A DNA stretch of 64,000 bases, from assembly GCA_043228905.1 (NCBI GenBank), contig JBHGNT010000016.1:9486001-9550000 (forward strand), read 5' to 3'. The stretch is from Azolla caroliniana. Its lineage: Eukaryota > Plantae > Polypodiophyta. This document shows positions 26,580-37,303 of this stretch, piece after piece; within the stretch, counting starts at the first letter, position 1, and each line of letters opens with the position of its first letter. The notes under the pieces are model-generated. The model was not told the origin of the DNA. It searched no databases and saw only the letters and a list, made by a program, of their open reading frames with translations. The position numbers and the translations under genes were made by a program.

Positions 26580-26620
26580 TGGCACGCCTGTGGGACAGTA
26601 CCTTGTACGTCGAATCCACC
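26580..26620 (-). other. tRNA-Arg 3'-end copy (inverted PBS) in the PPT position
   Basis: Minus strand reads GGTGGATTCGA-CGTACAAGGTACT-GTCCCACAGGCGTGCCA-TG-LTR. Confidence 0.8.
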
Positions 26621-26632
26621 ATCCGACCCTTG

Positions 26633-29214
26633 CTATTCTTCGTCCAAAATATCCAGAATGCTTTGTTCGAGAGTCTCCAGTGGTTCATCTGGAATTGGTT
26701 GTTGTTGTTGTTGTTGTGGTTGCTGTTGCTGCTCCATTGATGGGTGCTGCGACTGGTCCGTTGGTGGCTGCTGCGGCTGCTCCTTCGTTTGTTGCTCTGA
26801 CACCGGCGTTACCATCATTGCTCCCTCCGTCGTAGTGGTCTCTGGTTGACTGGTTCCGGCCTGGCCCTCGTCCAGCGACGGTTCCTCATCACTAAGGTTA
26901 ACCGTTGCCGCTTCCCGTGCTTTTTCTTCCCGAACCCGGGACCGCTCGTAGCTCTCAAACTGGATTTGAGCGTCCAACCTATCATCATCTAGCTGAGCTA
27001 CGAGTTGCCAGACCTGCACCAGTTATTCATCCACCAGGACTTGGAAGTCTTCGGCCAGCTTGTCCCGTGTGGCGGTGAAGTCCTCGGAAGTCAACGTGTA
27101 ACAATCATCTCCTTCCTTCCACCGGTTTTCCACGTCTGCCCGTAGCAATTGGAGTTCCGCCGTATTTGGTGCCCACTTTGTCCACCATCTTACGGAGCTT
27201 TCGTCAATCAAGCGTTTTGTTTGATTCAGCCATGCCCGGAGGATGCACTGAATCTGGCCCGTTCCCATCTGTGATTTGATCTCCGCAGCTTGCTGTTCCT
27301 CCTTCAATTGCTTGATGATTTTGACGTTGTCGTCCGCCTGCTCCTTGTAATGCGTCAATTTCCCTTGATATATGCTTTCAATTGTAATTTTTGCAATACC
27401 GTTGACGCTCTCTCCCTTTCTTCCTGCTGCTGCCTCTGGAGCTCCATCCGGACCCTCTTCACCTCGTCCAGCCGTCTTGTATTTTCCGCTCGTTCGTCGG
27501 CGAGCGTCGTCGCGGCCTGATCAACTTCCTGCCAGAGCTCAGCCATCCGTTCCTTATGCTCCGTTTCCAGCCGTTTGTAGTCCTGGTGCAAGTGCTCAAA
27601 ATCATCTGTCTTTTGCTTGAGCCGTACGTTGATCTGTCGACGGGCCCGGTCCTCGCGGTCCTTCTGCTAGCGGAGCTCCTCCTTTAGCCGTTCAATTTCC
27701 GTTTTCGCCGTCTTCCGCAGCTTGTCCTTTTCCTGCAGCACTTTGTCTTTTTCCTCCCTTAGCCGGTCGTAAGCTTGATGGCCTTTTCAGAGGCTCTCCT
27801 CTGCCCGGCGGAGGTTCTCAACAGTCTTCTTTAATTCTGCTTCGGCCGTTGTCTTCAATTCCAGTTCACGGCTCCTTAGCGCTTCGTGTGTGGCAAGTTC
27901 ATCTCTCAATTCCGCAAGCTCCTGGGCTTGCGCCACATCTCTCTCTGGAATGGTTTCCGTTGCCGGGGTCTTATTAGTATGTACAGGTTGGTCTGTTTCT
28001 TTACTCTGTACACTTATCAGAGTCACCGGTGCTTGGATCTATGTTGCCGTTAAGGCCATTTTGGCCATTTCTGCCGTGACCTGATCCAAGTCTTTTTCAA
28101 GGCACCAAATTCTGGACCGGACCATCTCTAGTTGTTCGGTTGTGACGAGCAATCGTTCACTTTGCGCTCTTTCTTCCGCCTCAATATACCCCACTGCTTC
28201 GGCAACCTGTTCGCCTATCCACCAGAGCCACAGGCTACCGGTGCATTGTTGTTGTGCTTGCACGGAGGTTTGACGGATGGGCTCGCTTGTGGGTGGGTGG
28301 TCCCGCCTGATTGCGCCGAGGGACAATTCCGTTTCTGCTCGTGGACCACCCTGTTGTCCTGGTTCCCCTTGCGCTTCTCCTTGGTTGGCCGAGGGAGGCT
28401 GTATTGACCTTTCTGGCTCTGGTGGAACGGGACTTGCCTGTGCTGCCGGTGATGCAGGGGCTTCTGATTCCGGTGCCATGCGCATCGGTTCCGGTTCCTC
28501 CCTTGGCGTGGGAGTCTCAGTATGGGGAGCCGGTGTTCCCTCCGTCTGAGGGTCTGAACGTTTCCCGGCTGCCTCAACGGTCCTTGCCGACGACCGTCGC
28601 TGGAGGTGCTCCGTAGGCTCCTCCTCTATTTCCTCTTCCTGAGTCCCGGCATTGATTTTTGCCGCTAAGGGGTCCGCTTCTCTATTCACTGGTTGGCGGA
28701 GTGTAATCTTTACGGGCCGTACCGGTGTTTCCTCCTGCGCATCCATTGGCCGCTTCCGGTTGGCACGCTCCTTTCCCGCCTGTTCTGGGTCTGCGGCCTT
28801 CCCCTTAGTGGCCTTAGAGGCCAACAACTGTTGTCTTTTGGAAGCAGTCTTTGGGGTGCTATCCGCCACTCTTCCCCGCTTCTTGGGTTGGACGGGCTGG
28901 ATGGGTGGCACAAGCAAGGTGAGCCACTGCGTTACTGCGTGCCATATCTTCCGTCCGTCTCGGCCTTCTTTGCCGTCTTTTCCTCTGACGATCTCGATCG
29001 CCGCACACAAACCGTCTGCGATCAATACCGGCCAATCCACCTTGATCCCTTCATAGGTGGCGATGATCATCCATGCCTGGTTCTGCGGCATGACAGGGGG
29101 TCTAGGGTACACATGGCCGTATTCGTGGAGCACACGGGCAATCTCGTGGAACAGCATATCTCCGCCGCCCTGTGTCCGATTTCCCTTGCTGGCTAGGGAG
29201 TACTCACCAGGCAT
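26633..29214 (-). pseudogene. extra ORF of the dual-PBS gypsy lineage (globular domain, basic/Pro-rich linker, long coiled coil, Q-rich tail), fragmented
   Basis: ORFs 28039-29214, 27787-28026, 27355-27591, 27023-27358, 26633-27019; homologous pieces at 54896-55553, 58507-59380 and ~38800-39000. Confidence 0.7.
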
Positions 29215-29216
29215 GA

Positions 29217-30350
29217 AATGAAATGAAGATAAACATGGAGGACCTTCTCATAGTCAAAGCACTGCGTGATTATTGGAATCGGCACAATATAGCTCAACCT
29301 TCCAGGTGGCTCTACAGTGGTACTACATAATGTCTGACATGTACCTGAGCTCTCAAGACCTTTGATCTCAGTCGGACAATTGGACGAAGATGACATCCGT
29401 ATCGGCTTTTCATAAGGAGGATTGACACTCCATAGGGGGAACCTCCTGCTTGCTCAAGGATGGAAAGTACACTCGTTGTACCCATTATGTGTCACACTTA
29501 GAGAGGGTGACTTGTTCTTGGTCGACATTCCCGTGTCATCACTTTGGCATGGACGACTGAAACACCTCAACAAGGTTGTCATCACGCATTTATCTAGAGT
29601 TGGATACTTCCCTAAACTCTCCTTCTTTCATCATCAATTTTGTGAGCATTGATAGGACGGCAAACAAATAGTCGCATCACATCCGACATCAGCACCGAGA
29701 GAATTGAGTACCCTCGATTTGGTCCACTTGCACGTCTGTGGTCCTATGCCACATCAGTCACTCGACGGTGCCTTGTATTTCATCAGCTTTATTGACGACT
29801 CGACTCGGACGGTGTGGGCTTATACAATTAAAACTAAGGATCGAGTGTTCTCGATTTTTTTCGATTGGCTCGCTATGGTCGAGAATCAGTCTGGTCAAAA
29901 ACTAAAATGCTTTCAATTTGATAATGCAGGAGAGTTCAAATCTGAAGAATTCCTCTGATTTTGCCAACAACGTGACATACGATGGGAATATAGGGCACCC
30001 CACATTCCGGAGCAGAACGGAATTGCCAAGCAGATGAATTAGACAATTCAAGAAAGGATAGTTTCCATGCTCCAGCACTCTAGACTATCGTGATGGCTTC
30101 TAGGCATAGTCACGATTTACAGTAGTACACATAATCAATATGTCGCATAGTAGGCCTCTAGGACTTCGTATACCTCAAAAACTATGGAACGGTAGCAAGC
30201 CAAATTACGACAAGCTGAGCATTTTCAGGTGTGAGGCCTACGCCGTCATACCTAAAGAAGATTGCTGCGCAAACTTGCACCAAGGTCCAAGAAATGCATT
30301 TTCCTCGGTTATGGACCAGAAGGCGAAATTGGCGAAATGCATTTTCCTCA
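29217..30350 (+). pseudogene. old copia fragment (gag-pre-integrase and integrase) of a different family
   Basis: HVPELSRPLISVGQLDED, LWHGRLKH, LDLVHLHVCGP, FISFIDDSTR, DNAGEF, PEQNG; many stops. Confidence 0.85.
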
Positions 30351-30814
30351 GTACGTGGCGGAGGTCAGGGTGAGAGAGGAATTGCTCGGCAATCCGATTC
30401 ATGCCCAAAATGATTGGTTAGCCGTAAAACCCCGATTGTAATCCGAGAAGTTATTATTTAGAAATGCGGTTAAGACACAAACCAGATTTGACCCAAAACT
30501 AGATGTTTATTACGTAATACGGGATAGTGATTACGCGGTGCACAACGGAAAATTACAACAGAAATTATGAGCAGATATTCTACGTTCCTGAGTACTCTAT
30601 TCTAACTAGGGCCTACTCTTCTCTCTTCTGTCCTCTTCCCCTTGTTACATTTCTACTTAACGTTTTATAGTTTGCTTTCCTGCTCTTCACTCGTTTTGGT
30701 TCCATGTTTGATGGTTGCATTATCTTCGCTAACTTCCATCTTACGGTTGCTTACTTAACCTACATCTAGATTCGTTTCATAGCCAAATTACCAATCTATC
30801 CCACAGACAACACT

Positions 30815-30856
30815 TGGCACGCCCGTGGGACAGTGCCTTTGCACATCGAACCCACC
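30815..30856 (-). other. tRNA-Arg 3'-end copy (inverted PBS) in the PPT position
   Basis: Minus strand reads GGTGGGTTCGA-TGTGCAAAGGCACT-GTCCCACGGGCGTGCCA-AG-LTR. Confidence 0.82.
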
Positions 30857-31616
30857 ATAATAAATAAAAAAGATTCGCAAAATTGTTATAATACAGTGAT
30901 TCCTCGGTCAAAATGTCGAAGATGCCTTCGGAGGTCGTGGTGCACAGTTGGTTCCTCCGTCGTAGCCGCCGAGATAGCAGGTTACGACTCATTCTGTGGG
31001 GTCTGCTCGGCCAAGAAATAAAGCTCGTCAGCGATATTTGTCCTCATTGTTGGTAGGGGTGGGGCTTCCTCTTCGTGGTCATGTTGCCATGCCGTTTCTG
31101 TGAAGGCCCTTTTGGTTTTAAGAATCAACAACAATTGGTTGTCATTGAATACCTCAAGGAGGCTTTTGATTCCCGTGGTGTGCATTTTTGCCAAGGCTTG
31201 GAAGTTCTTGGTGAGGTCTTCTTGGACCATTTGTATGCTATTTTCTTCCATTTTATAAAACCCTTGGCCTTCTCTCTTCCGATTTTCGGTGTCAGCCCGT
31301 AAAACCTAGAGTTCAGCTGGTTGAGCCAACCATTCCTTCCAGCCATTGGTGAGAGTTTCTTTGACCTTCAGGTTAAGCTTCTGCCATTGTTTCACCACCA
31401 AGGCGTGGATTCGTTCCTCACGCATGTCGTATTTGGCTTGGAGGTTGATCCTTTCTTTTTTAGCTTCTTCTGCCTCACGCTACAGTTTGACTTTAATGAA
31501 CTCACATGACGTGTTGACGGTGGCGATCTGTGCTGTCTGCGAATTCCTTCAAATACATCTTGCATTGCCTTTCGAGTTCCAACGCTGAGTTCATTTGATG
31601 TTCGTGATGGGAGTCC

Positions 31617-34600
31617 TGTTGAGAGACAAGCTCAACATTGGCCGGATCGGTTGGGACCGATCAGTTAGGCCGAGTGCGTAAACCGGGAGGCCGTTAGGAA
31701 AGATATTCCGTGAGGAATATATTTGGGAGTTAGTGTAGAAGCTCTTAAAGAGCATTGAAGTACGGTCAGTACTTCGGTCAGTCCTTCGAGGACTTGTATA
31801 AAAGTGTTCATGGAACACACATATGTATAGAGTAGTGAATCGAGATCTTTTGTTGAATATAGTTCTTGTGTTTTCTCTCTCTCACTCTCTCTGTCTCTCC
31901 CGTGTATACTGTGTAAGCTCAAGCTCTCCATTAAACCTGAGTTTTCTTCCTTCTGTTCGGTCTTCATACTTGCTTTCGCACGTTACTTTTTACATGGTAT
32001 CAAAGCGCGAGGGTTGAGAACCTCTCTGCAGCCGACAGAGCTTGACGAAGAAGAACAAGAAGAACGATGGATAGAGGCATGGCGAGCTCGCTTCCAACAG
32101 AGAAGCTTGACAGAACCAACTACGCGTCTTGGTCTTACAAGATGCACCAGTACCTACTCGGGCACGACTACTAGAGTTATGTCGAAGGAACTAATGATGC
32201 GGCACCCGAATCGACACACAGAGACTTTCCGTCATGGGAGCAATCGGCGAGCAGGGTATTATACTACTTCGCGTCGTGTGTGGGCGAACAACTATTGAGC
32301 TATGTTCGGGATGCAAAGACGCCGAAGGGTGCGTGGGAAAATCTGAAGAAGATCTTCACCGCGAGCACCACAGCCAGGAAGCTTCAGCTCCGATAGGAGT
32401 TGAGCAACCTACGACAACGCGACTTGTCGGTGGCGGACTATACCTCGAAGATCAACGATATCTGCAACTCCCTCGCCTCTATAGAGGTGAACATCGAGGA
32501 GAGCGAGATGGTCCAGATCTATCTCGGAGGTTTGGCGTCCAAGTTCGGAGCGTTCCGGATGGCTGTGTGTACCCGGGAGAATACGTCGTCCTTTTTCGAC
32601 TTACAGTCAATGCTCCTGGTAGAGGAGAACCACGCGGGTGCGTCTACAAGCACGCACACCGACAACAGAATGCTATACACGGAGGGAGATAGGCCCCGTG
32701 GACGTGGAGGACGAGGCGAGTCGGCGCGCAATGGAGGCGGCCGACGAGATCAAGGAAGAAGGCACCGAAGTGATGCCGACAGCAACTCCGGACCCTCCGG
32801 AAACAGGGGGAGTCGAAGCGATGAGAACCGGCAAGGGAAGGCCATCGCGGAGTGCTGGTACTGTGGCAAGAAATGCCACAGGGAAAGTGAGTGCTGGAAG
32901 AAGCGCGCTGATTCGGAGAGAACCGGTTCCGGAAACGGCTCCGGACATACCGACAAGGGAAATCGGCAGCGATCACACTACGCCAAAGACTCCGAGAGAG
33001 CCAGAGAAGGGTCTGCCTTCGTGACGAGACACGAAGCAAACTCAATGAAACGGATCACCCGGAGATAGAACGAGGTGTGGTACGTAGACTCCGGCGCGTC
33101 AAACCACATGACGAGCCATAAGGAGTGGTTCTCGTACCTTGAAAAACCGATACAACCTGGAGTAGTCGCAACTGGAGACGACACTCCGCATCCGATCGCG
33201 AATGTCGGAGAAGTTCCCCTTAGCCATGTCGGGCAGAAAGGGAAACTCATGAACGTGTTCCGACAATCACGAAGAACTTGGTCTCGGTCGGACAGATCGT
33301 CGACCAAGGGATGGAGGTTCAGTTTACACACCTCGGGTGCTTCATTGAGGAAGAAGGCCGTGTGATTGCGTAAGGGCGCAGAGACGGGAGGATGTTCATC
33401 CTCGACTCCACTGATGGCGGCACCGCAATGTTCGCGAAGGGAAGAAAAACCGAGTCGGACATCGACTTGTGGCACAAGCGGATAGGCCACATCAATTACC
33501 AGCGGCTTAAAGATCTGCAATGGAAACAGGTAGTGTTCGGATTGCCCAAATTTAGTGGCCGAAAGGCACAAATTTGTGAAGCCTGCCAGCTCGGGAAGCA
33601 ACACCGACTTCCTTTCCCCAACGAGCAAAACCGGAGCCGGAATAAGCTCGACCTTATACACTCTGATGTATGGAGGCTGGCACAAAACGTTAATCTTGGC
33701 GGGAGCCGATATTTCGTCTCCTTCATCGACGACCACACGCGGCACACGTGGGTCTACCTCATTGAGAGGAAGAGCGAAGTCTTCGACTGTTTCCGGGACC
33801 TCAAAGGGTTCGTGGAAACGGAAACGGGACGAAAGATCAAGTGCCTGCGGTCGGATGGCGGGAAAGAGTACTTTTCTGGTCAATTCAACGGTTATCTACA
33901 ACAAATGGGAATTCGGCGCGAATTCAGTTGTAGATACACGCCAGAGCAGAACGGCGTGGCCGAGAGGAAGAATCGGTCAGTTGTGGAAGTGGCACGGGCA
34001 ATGTTGGAGGAGAAGATCTTGCCCAAGTTCTACTGGGCCGAGGCGGTAAGGACGGCGGTATACATCCAGAACCGGATCAGAGACGAAGTGTCGGCGCACG
34101 AGCTGTATTTCGGAATGAAGCCGAACTTGCGACACTTGAGGGTGTTCGGTAACATTGCGTATGTGCATGTACCGAAGGAGAAAAGGAGGAAGCTGGACGC
34201 AAAGGCCGAGAAATGCATCTTGGTCGGTTACTCTGACGAGCAAAAGGGTTATAAGTGCTATAACCCTCGCACCAAACAAGCGCGTGTTAGCCGCGACGTT
34301 GTGTTTGACGAGTCCGCATCCTGGTACCAGCCCCCGACTCTGAACCCCAACTCTAATCCGAGCTCTGATGATGAGGTCAGCGAGGCCGAGATGCCTCCGG
34401 ATGAGCCCGAAATCGAGACCCGCAAAGAGAGTCCGATTTCACTCCGTTTAAGTGGACCGATTGGATGACTGAGTCGGTACGACCAGTCCGATGAAGAGCC
34501 GGCGAGTAGTGGAGACTCGGCCGTGCATTCCCCGCAGAGGAAGCCGAGGAGACGGCTTACGCGCAAAGAGAAAGGGAAGAAGAAGGTGTCGTATTCCGGC

Positions 34601-37303
34601 ACGGATAGAAACGAGTCAGACCGACGCGAGTCCGACTCCGAGGGAACCGGTGACAGGTCTTTAAAGGTGAAGACCGTGTCGACCGAGAAGGCCTCGACAT
34701 CGGCTAATGTGAGATTACGCCGATCTACCCGCTAGAAGAATCCTGTTTTGCGGTTCGGATACAACGAGTACATGGCGCATCATTATGCGTACATGACCCG
34801 TGTAGCGGAAGTGCGTGAGCCGGAGAGCTACGCAGAAGTGGCTAAAGACGCGAATTGGCGTGCCGCGATGGAGGAAGAGATGCACACATTGGCGGAGAAC
34901 GAGACCTGGGACCTGGTTGACGCACCAAGAGGGGTAAAACCGATTGGGTGTAGGTGGGTGTACAAGGCCAAGTACAACACCGATGGCTCGGTCAACCGGT
35001 ACAAGGCTCGGCTAGTGGCAAAGGGCTACGCGCAAAAACACGGCATCGACTACGATGAAACGTTTGCGCCGGTCGCGAAAATGACGATCGTCCGTGTTTT
35101 GCTCGCATTAGCTGCGGTGAAGGGGTGGCACTTACATCAGATGGATGTAAAGAATGCGTTCCGGCAAGGTGACCTTGAGGAACAGGTGTACATGGTACAG
35201 CCCCCCAGATTTCATTCTGGAACGAACTCCTTGGCAGTATGCCGACTGAAGAAGTCCCTTTACGGACTGAAGCAAGCCCCGTGTGCCTGGAACGCGAAGA
35301 TCACGCAACAACTGCGTCGGATGGGCTTCGTCACGTCAAAATCGGACTCTTCCCTGTTCATCCGGAAAGGTCGACTCGGACCGGTTAGTATTTTACTATA
35401 TGTTGATGACTTAGTCATCACCGGCGCCGACCTATGTGAAATCGACCGCGTGAAGCTCCAGCTTGCGGCATCGTTCGACATGAAGGATTTGGGGGACCTT
35501 CATTACTTCCTCGTGATCGAAGTGATCCGTACCCCCGAAGGCATATTGATCAGCCAACGTCACTACGTGCTAAGTATGCTCTTCAAATTTGGGATGGCCG
35601 ACTGTAAGTCAGTCTCGACTCCTCTAGACAGAACCCGTCAAGCTTCTTCCCGATACGGGGACGGTATGCGACCCGAAGAGGTACCGACAAATTGTCGGAA
35701 GCCTCATATACTTGACCATCACCCGACTCGACCTCAGTTATCCGGTCGGAGTGATCAGTCAGTTCATGGCACGACCTACCGAGGAGCACCTTCAGTGTGC
35801 GCAATGCATACTTCGGTATGTCAACGGCACTAAGGACCGGGGACTACCATATCGGACCAGTGCAGCCGCGCAGTAAGTCGGCTACACCGATGTTGATTGG
35901 GTTGGCAACGCCGCCGATCGCCGATCCACGTCCGGATACGCGTTCTCCCTCGGGAGTGTCGCGATCGCGTGGCGCAGTAAGAAGCAGCCGACAGTTGCAC
36001 TGTCGAGCACCGAAGCTGAGTACCGAGGAGCGGCTGTCGCGACATGCGAAGCCATATGGTTGAAGCGGCTACTTAAGGACCTGCAAGAGGAGGTGTCAGA
36101 TCCGACGACGATCTACTGCAACAACCTCAGCAGCATCCAGCTCGCGAAAAACCCCGTTTTCCACGCACGGACCAAGCACATTGAGGTGCACTACCATTTC
36201 GTCCGTGAGCGTGTCCTTTCCGGTGATGTCGAACTTCAGTACGTTCCGACGGATCGGAAGACTGCCGACATCTTCACTAAGCCCCTTGGTCTGGACAAGT
36301 TGCGGCAATTCTCTGGTGCGCTCGGATTGCGTCACCTCGACGTGCCAAACTTGAGGGGGAGAACAGTCCCGAATGACCAAGCAAAGCAGCAAGAAAGGAG
36401 CGGAGGTCGCGACACCGAGTCGGTTGACTCGGCTGTTGACTCGGTTGTCGAGTTCGACTTCGGATCGGCTGAAGAAGCCGAGGACGGACCCGCGGAAAAG
36501 TCCGAAAGCGGACAGAAGGGGAGCAGCCGAAGGAGAGAGCCGAAGCCAACCACGCATGGGGAAGATGACGCCACCAAGGGCGAGATGACCGAAGACGAGT
36601 TGGAGACAGCCAACTCACACGAGAGCGAAAACCGATCGGAGGTAGCCGAGTCGGTTCGGATGTTTGATTCAGATACGCTGAATCAACCGAGGCCCAAGCG
36701 GAAGAAAAGGTAGCAGGAGAAGCGTCAACACCGCAACAGCAGAAGAGCTGATAAGGGCCGCATGAGCAGACAAGCCGACCGGAAGGGTCGAAGCGCGCGG
36801 AGTCGAACAGGTCGAGGAGCGCGAGCGAGGCGTGAAGCCAGGAGGAACCGGAGCTGTGAACCCGAGGATCCCGAAGAGCCTCAAGTTGAGCTTGAGGGGG
36901 AGTGTTGAGAGACAAGCTCAACATCGATCGGTCGGCTGAAGAAGCTGAGGACCGGATCGGTTGGGACCGATCGGTTAGGCCGAGTGCGTAAACTGGGAGG
37001 CCGTTAGGAAAGATATTCTGTGAGGAATATATTTGGGAGTTAGTGTAGAAGCTCTTAAAGAGCATTGAAGTATGGTCAATACTTCGGTCAGTCCTTCGAG
37101 GACTTGTATAAAAGTGTTCATGGAACACACATATGTATAGAGTAGTGAATCAAGATCTTTTGTTGAATATAGTTCTTGTGTTTTCTCTCTCTCACTCTCT
37201 CTGTCTCTCCCGCATATACTGTGTAAGCTCAAGCTCTCCATTAAACTTGAGTTTTCTTCCTTCTGTTCGGTCTTCATACTTGCTTCTGCACGTTACTTTT
37301 ACA
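31617..37303 (+). mobile_element. full-length Ty1/copia LTR retrotransposon (5,687 bp), coding region disrupted
   Basis: LTRs 31617-31994 and 36903-37303 (TG...CA); exact TSD AGTCC (31612-31616 / 37304-37308); tRNA-iMet PBS TGGTATCAAAGC 31995-32006; PPT TTGAGGGGGAG 36892-36902. Confidence 0.97.
32067..36713 (+). pseudogene. copia gag-pol (gag, CCHC knuckle, PR, INT, RT, RH, C-terminal extension) with several stops and frameshifts
   Basis: CWYCGKKCHRESEC, WYVDSGASNHM, WHKRIGH...[62 protein letters not shown]. Confidence 0.95.

Noticed and set aside
26580-26596. Ordinary 5' PBS of a plus-strand element with an antisense ORF
   Set aside because: The intact two-LTR copy (53376-56038) and the integrase orientation at 39170-39679 place this motif at the 3' end relative to gag-pol, with a separate PBS at the 5' end.
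32978-33883. 301-aa antisense ORF and similar shadow ORFs (115-549, 36277-37128, 56221-56772)
   Set aside because: Opposite-strand frames of GC-rich retroelement sequence with no independent motifs.
31617-37303. Naming families (e.g. Physcomitrium RLC5 or RLG1) or the species
   Set aside because: Plausible from memory but not verifiable without a database comparison.
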